From: Eledone cirrhosa
Taxonomy: Eukaryota
DNA length: 64,000 nt
Direction of reading: 5' to 3'
NCBI GenBank assembly: GCA_964016885.1
Contig: CAXHJY010000944.1
Location: 1-64,000 of the forward strand
Shown here piece by piece: positions 1 through 16,105 of this stretch; within the stretch, counting starts at the first letter, position 1; the number at the start of each line of letters is the position of its first letter. Position numbers and translations under genes: made by a program. The notes under the pieces were generated by a model. That model had not been told where the DNA came from and did no database searches. It saw nothing but the letters and a program-made list of their open reading frames with translations.

Positions 1-3000
1 ATCATACATTGTAGAGGTATCATCCTCATCATACATTGTAGAGGAATATCATCCTCATCATACATTGTAGAGGTATCATCCTCATCATACATTGTAGAGG
101 AATATCATCTCTCATCATACATTGTAGAGGTATCATCCTCATCATACATTGTAGAGGAATATCATCCTCATCATACATTGTAGAGGAATATCATCCTCAT
201 CATACATTGTAGAGGTATCATCCTCATCATACATTGTAGAGGTATCATCCTCATCATACATTGTAGAGGAATATCATCCTCATCATACATTGTAGAGGAA
301 TATCATCCTTCATCATACAGTGTAGAGGAATATCATCCTCATCATACATTGTAGAGGAATATCATCATACAGTGTAGAGAATCCTCATCTACAATGTAGA
401 GGAATATCATCCTCATCATACATTGTAGAGGTATCATCCTCATCATACATTGTAGAGGTATCATCCTCATCATACATTGTAGAGGAATATCATCCTCATC
501 ATACAGTGTAGAGGAATATCATCCTCATCATACATTGTAGAGGAATATCATCCTCATACAATGTAGAGGAATATCATCCTCATCATACATTGTAGAGGAA
601 TATCATCCTCATCATACATTGTAGAGGAATATCATCCTCATACATTGTAGAGGTATATCATCCTCATCATACAGTGTAGAGGAATATCATCCTCATACAA
701 TGTAGAGGAATATCATCCTCATCATACATTGTAGAGGAATATCATCCTCATCATACAGTGTAGAGGAATATCATCCTCATCATACATTGTAGAGGAATAT
801 CATCCTCATACAATGTAGAGGAATATCATCCTCATCATACATTGTAGAGGAATATCATCCTCATCATACAGTGTAGAGGAATATCATCCTCATCATACAT
901 TGTAGAGGAATATCATCCTCATACAATGTAGAGGAATATCATCCTCATCATACATTGTAGAGGAATATCATCCTCATCATACAGTGTAGAGGAATATCAT
1001 CCTCATCATACATTGTAGAGGAATATCATCCTCATACAATGTAGAGGAATATCATCCTCATCATACATTGTAGAGGAATATCATCCTCATCATACATTGT
1101 AGAGGAATATCATCCTCATCATACAATGTAGAGGAATATCATCCTCATCATACATTGTAGAGGAATATCATCCTCATCATACATTGTAGAGGAATATCAT
1201 CCTCATCATACATTGTAGAGGATATCATCCTCATCATACATTGTAGAGGAATATCATCCTCATCATACATTGTAGAGGAATATCATCCTCATCATACATT
1301 GTAGAGGATATCATCCTCATCATACATTGTAGAGGAATATCATCCTCATCATACATTGTAGAGGAATATCATCCTCATCATACATTGTAGAGGAATATCA
1401 TCCTCATTACATTGTAGAGGTATATCATCCTCATCATACATTGTAGAGGAATATCATCCTCATCATACATTGTAGAGGATATCATCCTCATCATACATTG
1501 TAGAGGAATATCATCCTCATCATACATTGTAGAGTATCATCCTCATCATACATTGTAGAGGAATATCATCCTCATCATACATTGTAGAGGATATCATCCT
1601 CATCATACATTGTAGAGGAATATCATCCTCATCATACATTGTAGAGGAATATCATCCTCATCATACATTGTAGAGGAATATCATCCTCATCATACATTGT
1701 AGAGGAATATCATCCTCATCATACATTGTAGAGGATATCATCCTCATCATACATTGTAGAGGAATATCATCCTCATCATACATTGTAGAGGAATATCATC
1801 CTCATCATACATTGTAGAGGAATATCATCCTCATCATACATTGTAGAGGTATCATCCTCATCATACATTGTAGAGGAATATCATCCTCATCATACATTGT
1901 AGAGGAATATCATCCTCATCATACATTGTAGAGGAATATCATCCTCATCATACATTGTAGAGGATATCATCCTCATCATACATTGTAGAGGAATATCATC
2001 CTCATCATACATTGTAGAGGAATATCATCCTCATCATACATTGTAGAGGAATATCATCCTCATCATACATTGTAGAGGAATATCATCCTCATCATACATT
2101 GTAGAGGAATATCATCCTCATCATACATTGTAGAGGAATATCATCCTCATCATACATTGTAGAGGAATATCATCCTCATCATACATTGTAGAGGTATCAT
2201 CCTCATCATACATTGTAGAGGAATATCATCCTCATCATACATTGTAGAGGTATATCATCCTCATCATACATTGTAGAGGAATATCATCCTCATCATACAT
2301 TGTAGAGGTATATCATCCTCATCATACATTGTAGAGGAATATCATCATTCCTCATCATACATTGTAGAGGAATATCATCCTCATCATACATTGTAGAGGA
2401 ATATCATCCTCATCATACATTGTAGAGGAATATCATCCTCATCATACATTGTAGAGGAATATCATCATCCTCATCATACATTGTAGAGGAATATCATCCT
2501 CATCATACATTGTAGAGGAATATCATCCTCATCATACATTGTAGAGGAATATCATCCTCATCATACATTGTAGAGGAATATCATCCTCATCATACATTGT
2601 AGAGGAATATCATCCTCATCATACATTGTAGAGGAATATCATCATCCTCATCATACATTGTAGAGGAATATCATCCTCATCATACATTGTAGAGGAATAT
2701 CATCATCCTCATCATACATTGTAGAGGAATATCATCCTCATCATCATACATTGTAGAGGAATATCATCCTCATCATACATTGTAGAGGATATCATCATCC
2801 TCATCATACATTGTAGAGGAATATCATCCTCATCATACATTGTAGAGGAATATCATCCTCATCATACATTGTAGAGGAATATCATCCTCATCATACATTG
2901 TAGAGGAATATCATCCTCATCATACATTGTAGAGGAATATCATCCTCATCATACATTGTAGAGGAATATCATCATCCTCATCATACATTGTAGAGGAATA

Positions 3001-6000
3001 TCATCATCCTCATCATACATTGTAGAGGAATATCATCATCCTCATCATACATTGTAGAGGTATATCATCCTCATCATACATTGTAGAGGTATATCATCCT
3101 CATCATACATTGTAGAGGAATATCATCCTCATCATACATTGTAGAGGTATATCATCCTCATCATACATTGTAGAGGAATATCATCCTCATCATACAGTGT
3201 AGAGGAATATCATCATCATCATACATTGTAGAGGTATATCATCCTCATCATACATTGTAGAGGAATATCATCATCCTCATCATACATTGTAGAGGAATAT
3301 CATCATCCTCATCATACATTGTAGAGGAATATCATCCTCATCATACATTGTAGAGGAATATCATCATCCTCATCATACATTGTAGAGGAATATCATCCTC
3401 ATCATACATTGTAGAGGAATATCATCCTCATCATACATTGTAGAGGTATATCATCCTCATCATACAGTGTAGAGGAATATCATCCTCATCATACATTGTA
3501 GAGGAATATCATCCTCATCATACATTGTAGAGGAATATCATCATCCTCATCATACATTGTAGAGGAATATCATCCTCATCATACATTGTAGAGGATATCA
3601 TCCTCATCATACATTGTAGAGGTAATCATCCTCATCATACATTGTAGAGGTATATCATCCTCATCATACATTGTAGAGGAATATCATCCTCATCATACAT
3701 TGTAGAGGAATATCATCCTCATCATACATTGTAGAGGAATATCATCCTCATCATACATTGTAGAGGAATATCATCCTCATCATACATTGTAGAGGAATAT
3801 CATCCTCATCATACATTGTAGAGGAATATCATCATCCTCATCATACATTGTAGAGGAATATCATCCTCATCATACATTGTAGAGGAATATCATCCTCATC
3901 ATACATTGTAGAGGTATATCATCCTCATCATACATTGTAGAGGAATATCATCCTCATCATACAGTGTAGAGGAATATCATCCTCATCATACATTGTAGAG
4001 GTATATCATCCTCATCATACATTGTAGAGGAATATCATCCTCATCATACATTGTAGAGGAATATCATCCTCATCATACATTGTAGAGGAATATCATCCTC
4101 ATCATACATTGTAGAGGAATATCATCCTCATCATACATTGTAGAGGAATATCATCCTCATCATACATTGTAGAGGAATATCATCATCCTCATCATACATT
4201 GTAGAGGAATATCATCCTCATCATACATTGTAGAGGAATATCATCCTCATCATACATTGTAGAGGTATATCATCCTCATCATACATTGTAGAGGAATATC
4301 ATCCTCATCATACAGTGTAGAGGAATATCATCCTCATCATACATTGTAGAGGTATATCATCCTCATCATACATTGTAGAGGTATATCATCCTCATCATAC
4401 ATTGTAGAGGAATATCATCCTCATCATACATTGTAGAGGAATATCATCCTCATCATACATTGTAGAGGAATATCATCCTCATCATACATTGTAGAGGTAT
4501 ATCATCCTCATCATACATTGTAGAGGAATATCATCCTCATCATACATTGTAGAGGTATATCATCCTCATCATACAGTGTAGAGGAATATCATCCTCATCA
4601 TACATTGTAGAGGAATATCATCCTCATCATACATTGTAGAGGAATATCATCATCCTCATCATACATTGTAGAGGAATATCATCCTCATCATACATTGTAG
4701 AGGAATATCATCCTCATCATACATTGTAGAGGAATATCATCATCCTCATCATACATTGTAGAGGAATATCATCCTCATCATACATTGTAGAGGAATATCA
4801 TCCTCATCATACATTGTAGAGGTATATCATCCTCATCATACATTGTAGAGGAATATCATCCTCATCATACATTGTAGAGGAATATCATCATCCTCATCAT
4901 ACATTGTAGAGGAATATCATCCTCATCATACATTGTAGAGGAATATCATCATCCTCATCATACATTGTAGAGGAATATCATCCTCATCATACATTGTAGA
5001 GGAATATCATCCTCATCATACATTGTAGAGGAATATCATCATCCTCATCATACATTGTAGAGGTATATCATCCTCATCATACATTGTAGAGGAATATCAT
5101 CATCCTCATCATACATTGTAGAGGTATATCATCCTCATCATACAGTGTAGAGGAATATCATCCTCATCATACATTGTAGAGGAATATCATCCTCATCATA
5201 CATTGTAGAGGAATATCATCATCCTCATCATACATTGTAGAGGAATATCATCCTCATCATACATTGTAGAGGTATATCATCCTCATCATACATTGTAGAG
5301 GAATATCATCCTCATCATACAGTGTAGAGGAATATCATCCTCATCATACATTGTAGAGGTATATCATCATCCTCATCATACATTGTAGAGGAATATCATC
5401 CTCATCATACATTGTAGAGGTATATCATCCTCATCATACATTGTAGAGGAATATCATCATCCTCATCATACATTGTAGAGGAATATCATCATCCTCATCA
5501 TACATTGTAGAGGTATATCATCATCCTCATCATACATTGTAGAGGATATCATCCTCATCATACAGTGTAGAGGAATATCATCCTCATCATACATTGTAGA
5601 GGTATATCATCATCCTCATCATACATTGTAGAGGTATCATCCTCATCATACATTGTAGAGGTATCATCCTCATCATACATTGTAGAGGAATATCATCCTC
5701 ATCATACATTGTAGAGGAATATCATCCTCATCATACATTGTAGAGGAATATCATCCTCATCATACATTGTAGAGGTATCATCCTCATCATACAGTGTAGA
5801 GGAATATCATCCTCATCATACATTGTAGAGGAATATCATCCTCATCATACATTGTAGAGGAATATCATCCTCATCATACATTGTAGAGGTATCATCCTCA
5901 TCATACAGTGTAGAGGAATATCATCCTCATCATACATTGTAGAGGTATATCATCATCCTCATCATACATTGTAGAGGAATATCATCCTCATCATACAGTG

Positions 6001-9000
6001 TAGAGGAATATCATCCTCATCATACATTGTAGAGGTATATCATCCTCATCATACAGTGTAGAGGAATATCATCATCATCATCATACATTGTAGAGGAATA
6101 TCATCATCCTCATCATACATTGTAGAGGAATATCATCATCCTCATCATACATTGTAGAGGAATATCATCATCCTCATCATACATTGTAGAGGAATATCAT
6201 CATCCTCATCATACATTGTAGAGGTATCATCCTCATCATACAGTGTAGAGGAATATCATCATCCTCATCATACATTGTAGAGGAATATCATCCTCATCAT
6301 ACATTGTAGAGGTATATCATCATCCTCATCATACATTGTAGAGGAATATCATCCTCATCATACATTGTAGAGGTATCATCCTCATCATACAGTGTAGAGG
6401 AATATCATCCTCATCATACATTGTAGAGGAATATCATCATCCTCATCATACATTGTAGAGGAATATCATCCTCATCATACATTGTAGAGGTATATCATCC
6501 TCATCATACATTGTAGAGGAATATCATCATCCTCATCATACATTGTAGAGGTATATCATCCTCATCATACATTGTAGAGGAATATCATCCTCATCATACA
6601 TTGTAGAGGAATATCATCATCCTCATCATACATTGTAGAGGAATATCATCATCCTCATCATACATTGTAGAGGAATATCATCCTCATCATACATTGTAGA
6701 GGTATCATCCTCATCATACAGTGTAGAGGAATATCATCCTCATCATACATTGTAGAGGAATATCATCATCCTCATCATACATTGTAGAGGAATATCATCC
6801 TCATCATACATTGTAGAGGTATATCATCCTCATCATACATTGTAGAGGAATATCATCATCCTCATCATACATTGTAGAGGAATATCATCCTCATCATACA
6901 TTGTAGAGGAATATCATCCTCATCATACATTGTAGAGGAATATCATCCTCATCATACATTGTAGAGGAATATCATCATCCTCATCATACATTGTAGAGGA
7001 ATATCATCATCCTCATCATACATTGTAGAGGAATATCATCCTCATCATACATTGTAGAGGTATCATCCTCATCATACAGTGTAGAGGAATATCATCCTCA
7101 TCATACATTGTAGAGGAATATCATCATCCTCATCATACATTGTAGAGGAATATCATCCTCATCATACATTGTAGAGGTATATCATCCTCATCATACATTG
7201 TAGAGGAATATCATCATCCTCATCATACATTGTAGAGGAATATCATCCTCATCATACATTGTAGAGGTATATCATCCTCATCATACATTGTAGAGGAATA
7301 TCATCATCCTCATCATACAGTGTAGAGGTATATCATCCTCATCATACAGTGTAGAGGAATATCATCCTCATCATACATTGTAGAGGAATATCATCCTCAT
7401 CATACATTGTAGAGGTATCATCCTCATCATACATTGTAGAGGAATATCATCCTCATCATACATTGTAGAGGTATCATCCTCATCATACATTGTAGAGGAA
7501 TATCATCCTCATCATACATTGTAGAGGAATATCATCCTCATCATACATTGTAGAGGAATATCATCATCCTCATCATACATTGTAGAGGAATATCATCCTC
7601 ATCATACATTGTAGAGGAATATCATCCTCATCATACATTGTAGAGGAATATCATCCTCATCATACATTGTAGAGGTATCATCCTCATCATACATTGTAGA
7701 GGTATCATCCTCATCATACATTGTAGAGGAATATCATCCTCATCATACATTGTAGAGGTATATCATCCTCATCATACATTGTAGAGGAATATCATCCTCA
7801 TCATACATTGTAGAGGAATATCATCCTCATCATACAGTGTAGAGGTATATCATCCTCATCATACATTGTAGAGGTATCATCCTCATCATACATTGTAGAG
7901 GTATATCATCCTCATCATACATTGTAGAGGAATATCATCATCATCATACATTGTAGAGGAATATCATCCTCATCATACATTGTAGAGGTATATCATCCTC
8001 ATCATACATTGTAGAGGAATATCATCCTCATCATACATTGTAGAGGTATATCATCCTCATCATACATTGTAGAGGTATATCATCCTCATCATACATTGTA
8101 GAGGTATATCATCCTCATCATACATTGTAGAGGAATATCATCATCATCATACATTGTAGAGGTATATCATCCTCATCATACATTGTAGAGGAATATCATC
8201 ATCATCATACATTGTAGAGGAATATCATCCTCATACATTGTAGAGGTATCATCCTCATCATACATTGTAGAGGAATATCATCCTCATCATACATTGTAGA
8301 GGAATATCATCATCCTCATCATACATTGTAGAGGAATATCATCCTCATACATTGTAGAGGTATCATCCTCATCATACATTGTAGAGGAATATCATCCTCA
8401 TCATACATTGTAGAGGAATATCATCATCCTCATCATACATTGTAGAGGAATATCATCCTCATCATACATTGTAGAGGAATATCATCCTCATACATTGTAG
8501 AGGTATCATCCTCATCATACATTGTAGAGGAATATCATCCTCATCATACATTGTAGAGGAATATCATCCTCATCATACATTGTAGAGGAATATCATCCTC
8601 ATCATACAGTGTAGAGGAATATCATCCTCATCATACAATGTAGAGGAATATCATCCTCATCATACAGTGTAGAGGTATATCATCCTCATCATACATTGTA
8701 GAGGAATATCATCCTCATCATACATTGTAGAGGTATATCATCCTCATCATACAATGTAGAGGAATATCATCCTCATCATACATTGTAGAGGAATATCATC
8801 CTCATCATACATTGTAGAGGAATATCATCCTCATCATACATTGTAGAGGAATATCATCCTCATCATACATTGTAGAGGAATATCATCCTCATCATACAAT
8901 GTAGAGGAATATCATCCTCATCATACAGTGTAGAGGTATATCATCCTCATCATACATTGTAGAGGAATATCATCCTCATCATACATTGTAGAGGAATATC

Positions 9001-12000
9001 ATCCTCATCATACATTGTAGAGGTATCATCCTCATCATACATTGTAGAGGAATATCATCCTCATCATACATTGTAGAGGAATATCATCCTCATCATACAT
9101 TGTAGAGGAATATCATCATCCTCATCATACATTGTAGAGGAATATCATCCTCATCATACATTGTAGAGGAATATCATCCTCATCATACATTGTAGAGGAA
9201 TATCATCCTCATCATACATTGTAGAGGTATCATCCTCATCATACATTGTAGAGGTATCATCCTCATCATACATTGTAGAGGAATATCATCCTCATCATAC
9301 AGTGTAGAGGAATATCATCCTCATCATACATTGTAGAGGAATATCATCCTCATCATACATTGTAGAGGAATATCATCCTCATCATACAGTGTAGAGGAAT
9401 ATCATCCTCATCATACATTGTAGAGGAATATCATCCTCATCATACATTGTAGAGGTATATCATCCTCATCATACATTGTAGAGGAATATCATCCTCATCA
9501 TACATTGTAGAGGAATATCATCCTCATCATACATTGTAGAGGTATCATCCTCATCATACATTGTAGAGGAATATCATCCTCATCATACATTGTAGAGGAA
9601 TATCATCCTCATCATACATTGTAGAGGAATATCATCATCCTCATCATACATTGTAGAGGAATATCATCCTCATCATACATTGTAGAGGAATATCATCCTC
9701 ATCATACATTGTAGAGGAATATCATCCTCATCATACATTGTAGAGGTATCATCCTCATCATACATTGTAGAGGTATCATCCTCATCATACATTGTAGAGG
9801 AATATCATCCTCATCATACAGTGTAGAGGAATATCATCCTCATCATACATTGTAGAGGAATATCATCCTCATCATACATTGTAGAGGAATATCATCCTCA
9901 TCATACATTGTAGAGGAATATCATCCTCATCATACAGTGTAGAGGAATATCATCCTCATCATACATTGTAGAGGAATATCATCCTCATCATACAGTGTAG
10001 AGGAATATCATCCTCATCATACATTGTAGAGGAATATCATCCTCATCATACAGTGTAGAGGAATATCATCCTCATCATACATTGTAGAGGAATATCATCC
10101 TCATCATACATTGTAGAGGAATATCATCCTCATCATACAGTGTAGAGGAATATCATCCTCATCATACAGTGTAGAGGAATATCATCCTCATCATACATTG
10201 TAGAGGAATATCATCCTCATCATACAGTGTAGAGGAATATCATCCTCATCATACATTGTAGAGGAATATCATCCTCATCATACATTGTAGAGGTATATCA
10301 TCCTCATCATACATTGTAGAGGTATATCATCCTCATCATACATTGTAGAGGAATATCATCCTCATCATACATTGTAGAGGTATATCATCCTCATCATACA
10401 TTGTAGAGGTATATCATCCTCATCATACATTGTAGAGGTATCATCCTCATCATACATTGTAGAGGTATATCATCCTCATCATACAGTGTAGAGGAATATC
10501 ATCCTCATCATACATTGTAGAGGAATATCATCCTCATCATACATTGTAGAGGAATATCATCCTCATCATACATTGTAGAGGTATATCATCCTCATCATAC
10601 ATTGTAGAGGTATCATCCTCATCATACATTGTAGAGGTATATCATCCTCATCATACAGTGTAGAGGAATATCATCCTCATCATACAGTGTAGAGGAATAT
10701 CATCCTCATCATACAGTGTAGAGGAATATCATCCTCATCATACATTGTAGAGGTATCATCCTCATCATACAATGTAGAGGAATATCATCCTCATCATACA
10801 TTGTAGAGGTATATCATCCTCATCATACATTGTAGAGGAATATCATCCTCATCATACATTGTAGAGGAATATCATCCTCATCATACATTGTAGAGGAATA
10901 TCATCCTCATCATACATTGTAGAGGAATATCATCATCCTCATCATACATTGTAGAGGAATATCATCCTCATCATACATTGTAGAGGAATATCATCCTCAT
11001 CATACATTGTAGAGGAATATCATCCTCATCATACATTGTAGAGGAATATCATCCTCATCATACATTGTAGAGGTATATCATCCTCATCATACATTGTAGA
11101 GGAATATCATCCTCATCATACATTGTAGAGGTATCATCCTCATCATACATTGTAGAGGAATATCATCCTCATCATACATTGTAGAGGTATATCATCCTCA
11201 TCATACATTGTAGAGGTATCATCCTCATCATACATTGTAGAGGTATCATCCTCATCATACATTGTAGAGGTATCATCCTCATCATACATTGTAGAGGAAT
11301 ATCATCCTCATACATTGTAGAGGTATCATCCTCATCATACAATGTAGAGGAATATCATCCTCATCATACATTGTAGAGGAATATCATCATCCTCATCATA
11401 CATTGTAGAGGAATATCATCCTCATCATACATTGTAGAGGAATATCATCCTCATCATACATTGTAGAGGAATATCATCCTCATCATACATTGTAGAGGTA
11501 TCATCCTCATCATACATTGTAGAGGAATATCATCCTCATCATACATTGTAGAGGTATATCATCCTCATCATACATTGTAGAGGTATCATCCTCATCATAC
11601 ATTGTAGAGGTATCATCCTCATCATACATTGTAGAGGTATCATCCTCATCATACATTGTAGAGGAATATCATCCTCATACATTGTAGAGGTATCATCCTC
11701 ATCATACAATGTAGAGGAATATCATCCTCATCATACATTGTAGAGGAATATCATCATCCTCATCATACATTGTAGAGGAATATCATCCTCATCATACATT
11801 GTAGAGGAATATCATCCTCATCATACATTGTAGAGGAATATCATCCTCATCATACATTGTAGAGGAATATCATCCTCATCATACATTGTAGAGGAATATC
11901 ATCCTCATACATTGTAGAGGTATCATCATCATCATACATTGTAGAGGAATATCATCCTCATCATACATTGTAGAGGAATATCATCCTCATCATACATTGT

Positions 12001-13139
12001 AGAGGAATATCATCATCCTCATCATACATTGTAGAGGAATATCATCCTCATCATACATTGTAGAGGTATATCATCCTCATCATACATTGTAGAGGTATAT
12101 CATCCTCATCATACATTGTAGAGGAATATCATCCTCATCATACATTGTAGAGGAATATCATCCTCATCATACATTGTAGAGGAATATCATCCTCATCATA
12201 CATTGTAGAGGAATATCATCCTCATCATACATTGTAGAGGAATATCATCATCATCATACAGTGTAGAGGAATATCATCCTCATCATACATTGTAGAGGAA
12301 TATCATCATCATCATACAGTGTAGAGGAATATCATCCTCATCATACATTGTAGAGGAATATCATCCTCATCATACATTGTAGAGGTATCATCCTCATCAT
12401 ACATTGTAGAGGAATATCATCCTCATCATACATTGTAGAGGAATATCATCCTCATCATACATTGTAGAGGAATATCATCCTCATCATACATTGTAGAGGT
12501 ATATCATCCTCATCATACATTGTAGAGGAATATCATCCTCATCATACATTGTAGAGGTATATCATCCTCATCATACATTGTAGAGGAATATCATCCTCAT
12601 CATACATTGTAGAGGAATATCATCCTCATCATACATTGTAGAGGAATATCATCATCATCATACATTGTAGAGGAATATCATCCTCATCATACATTGTAGA
12701 GGTATATCATCCTCATCATACATTGTAGAGGTATCATCCTCATCATACATTGTAGAGGTATCATCCTCATCATACATTGTAGAGGAATATCATCCTCATC
12801 ATACATTGTAGAGGAATATCATCCTCATCATACATTGTAGAGGTATCATCCTCATCATACATTGTAGAGGAATATCATCCTCATCATACATTGTAGAGGA
12901 ATATCATCCTCATCATACATTGTAGAGGTATCATCCTCATCATACATTGTAGAGGTATCATCCTCATCATACATTGTAGAGGTATATCATCCTCATCATA
13001 CATTGTAGAGGAATATCATCCTCATCATACATTGTAGAGGTATCATCCTCATCATACATTGTAGAGGTATCATCCTCATCATACATTGTAGAGGTATATC
13101 ATCCTCATCATACATTGTAGAGGTATCATCATCATCATC
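1..13139. repeat. 29-bp satellite (ATCATCCTCATCATACATTGTAGAGGAAT)n with 26/27/28/32-bp variants; runs off the left edge
   Basis: Continuous tandem array; ends in a short (ATC)n run at about 13125-13139. Confidence 0.98.
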
Positions 13140-15438
13140 TTATATTCACCATTACAGAATGGATTAAGTGCTTTTCATTGTGGTAAAAAGCACCCAGTCT
13201 GCCCTGTAGGATGTTAGTGCTGGTTCCATGATAAAATGTTCCTTTGTTTAAAATATTGACTAATCCCAGCATAAATTTCAACTATCAGTTTCTACATATA
13301 GTATTTTAACATATAAATATTTAATTCTGAATACTGAATATAAATATTTTTAAAAACAACATTAAAGTATTAAAATCTCATAGTATAGTATGGACCTATA
13401 ATTCCTGAGGGAGTCGTGGGGGTTGCCATGCAGTGTTTTCTAGGGTATTTTTAAACCTGGCAGAGTCCATCTCCTCTCAGGCCTGAATACAGCAGAGAAT
13501 GAGATATAGAGGAAGAATCAACCCCAGTACATGACTGGTACTTTTTATCGACTTTGAATGGATGAAAGGCAATGTTGACCACAAAAAAAATCAGAAAGGA
13601 TTGAAAGAAGTAGATTCATATAAACTAGATAAATGAATTCATATTTATTTGTTTCCATTAATATTAATGTTGCCTGTATACTACTGAAGCCGCTGTTTCC
13701 CTTCTAATAAATAAATTCACTTCTCTATTTGGTGGTGTTACAATCAAAGGAGAAGAAGTATTTACATATCTATGGACTGCTGTAGATACTGCTAGTGAAT
13801 ACTTGTAATCAACATACATTCATTTTGTCCTCTCATTTTTGGGGAATGTTTTTGTTTGAGTGACACCCAAGTTGGTTCATTTACTCACAAACATGTGCTC
13901 AGATAGAATGATTCAACATACAGATGTGACATTGATGCTTGCCTAGATTATTGGATAATGCAATTGTAGACTTGGCAGCAGACAGCTTAATGCATGCAGC
14001 AGGCAGGCTGGGAGGTGGGTATGGAGGGAGGGTATGATGTTTGAATAAGTCCTCTTGCAATGCAAAGCAGGTAGATTATGTGAAGTGGAAGAGAGTGCTA
14101 GAAAAACAAGAAGGCCATGAATAGCAAAACATTATGGAAGACATTGGAACAAAGACCAATTGAATTTAGGTAGGGAAAATATTTCAATTTAAAAATATTT
14201 GGTAGGCAATTTGGTTGGCCTGTGATAGTGAGAAGACAGAGGTCTTATTAGATACACTGATTGTAAATCAATTAGTAAAAGATAAAATATTCTACTTATG
14301 GTAAGCCAGTAGTACCATAATTAGAAGTCAGCATCAAACCAATTCTAAACACTTCTCAATCAATCCCCACAAATCTTAAAACAAAATCACTACAAATTAT
14401 CAACACCAAAAACTCTCTGTCCTTCTTTTCCAACCAGTTCGTTATTCCATAATTACTATACACAACATTACACTAACATATATAACAACTATCTTTCCTT
14501 GTCACTCTCATTACTTCTACTAATAAGGTTTCCTCAACTTGAAAGTTTTAGTGTTTGACAGGTTTATTAATATATATTCAACATTCTAATGTTATTTTAC
14601 CAACTAACAGCAGGAATCACCAATATATTTGCTGCAATAACTTAATAAAGCTGAGAAGATGCTGTAATGAGAAGATGTACTGGAAAATCAAATATTATAA
14701 ACATACTGAGAACTAGTAACAGTTTTTGATACCAAACTACCTGAAACTACCTCTGGTTCTGTGATATAGAACTGTTTGTTAAAGTGTCTATATTATCTAA
14801 AAACCAGCTATTACAATTTAATGTAACACCCTTTAAGTCACTAGCTTAGTGACAAAAAAGTTATATTACAAAATCCCTCCAAATTCTCAATCATTTGAAA
14901 ATTATAGACAGTATCTTTCGTTAGAAATATAGTAACAAATAGGTTAAAATGGAATTCTATTTTAAAATAGTAAATAGTATTTTTAGATGATAAATGGAGT
15001 CATTAGGGCATAAGATTAAAAACCTTGATATTTATTCAGGGCCTCTATATATATTCAGGGCCTCTATATTTATTCAGGCCCTCTACACTCTCAGTTCAAA
15101 TCCAAGATTAACTTGGTCAACAGATAATGTAGAAATCCTTCAAAGATAAATTAACAAAATTGTTAAAACGGTGGAATACTTTGTTCTGAGTTCTAACTCT
15201 GCCTCCTGTCACTATGGTGATGGTTCAACTACCAGGAGTTCCAGCAATCAGCTGATATAGTCTTTCCTTCAACAGGTTAGCATCTTATTAAAAATTACTG
15301 GATTAAAAAAACAATCAAACATTTTCAAACAATCAATTAAAATATGTTAATGTTTAGTAATTTGTTGTAAATGGAAATAAGGAGTTGCGAAAAAAACAAT
15401 TCTTAACTCTTTTAACACCTGAGACTTCTTGTAATAAC

Positions 15439-15705
15439 TGTTTCTACTTTTGGCACAAGGCCAGCAATAACCCAGTGCATTACTAGTACTTTATTTTATT
15501 GACCCCGTAAGGATGAAAGGCAAAGTTAACCTTGGCAGGATTTGAAATCAGACTGTAAAGGGACGTAACTCTATGCTAGAAAGCATGGCGTGAGACCCTC
15601 TACCGATACTGCAACAATTTGGAGGGGGAGAGGGGAAAGTCGATTAAGCTGAGCCCCAGTGGATTACTGGTACTTTATTTTATCGACCCCGTAAAGATGA
15701 ACTCA
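15439..15705 (-). mobile_element. tRNA-derived SINE family A, one copy plus a partial copy
   Basis: Matches copies at 24755 and 43022 (GGCACAAGGCCAGCAA...TTATCGACCCCGTAAGGATGAAAGGCAAAGTT); B-box-like motif on the minus strand. Confidence 0.75.
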
Positions 15706-16105
15706 GAATATAACTCTGTCACAATGTGTGTTGTCTGAAGCTCTACCTATTACTGCCACCCCCACCCCAACATATGCCCTAATAATAATATTCATAACCT
15801 TGTAATCAGAGTGTAAAGAAATAGAATAATGTGTTATAGAGAATGTAAATTTTGTTAATCTGCTCAACACAACATCGTTAGTGAGGAAGAAATTGATTAG
15901 AATTGTCATTGGCTGTAAGATAATATTTCACTAATGGATTACAGGGAGGTATAATTTATAATGACACTTAACCCCTACAAAGCTATATAAACAGCTTTAT
16001 TGAAATAATGAAACAGATGGTGAAGAAAAGTTGATGGTTTGTTTGGTGTTGAAAGCTGATCAAAAATATCACATTTGTCATGATACCATTTCAAGTTTTT
16101 AATCA

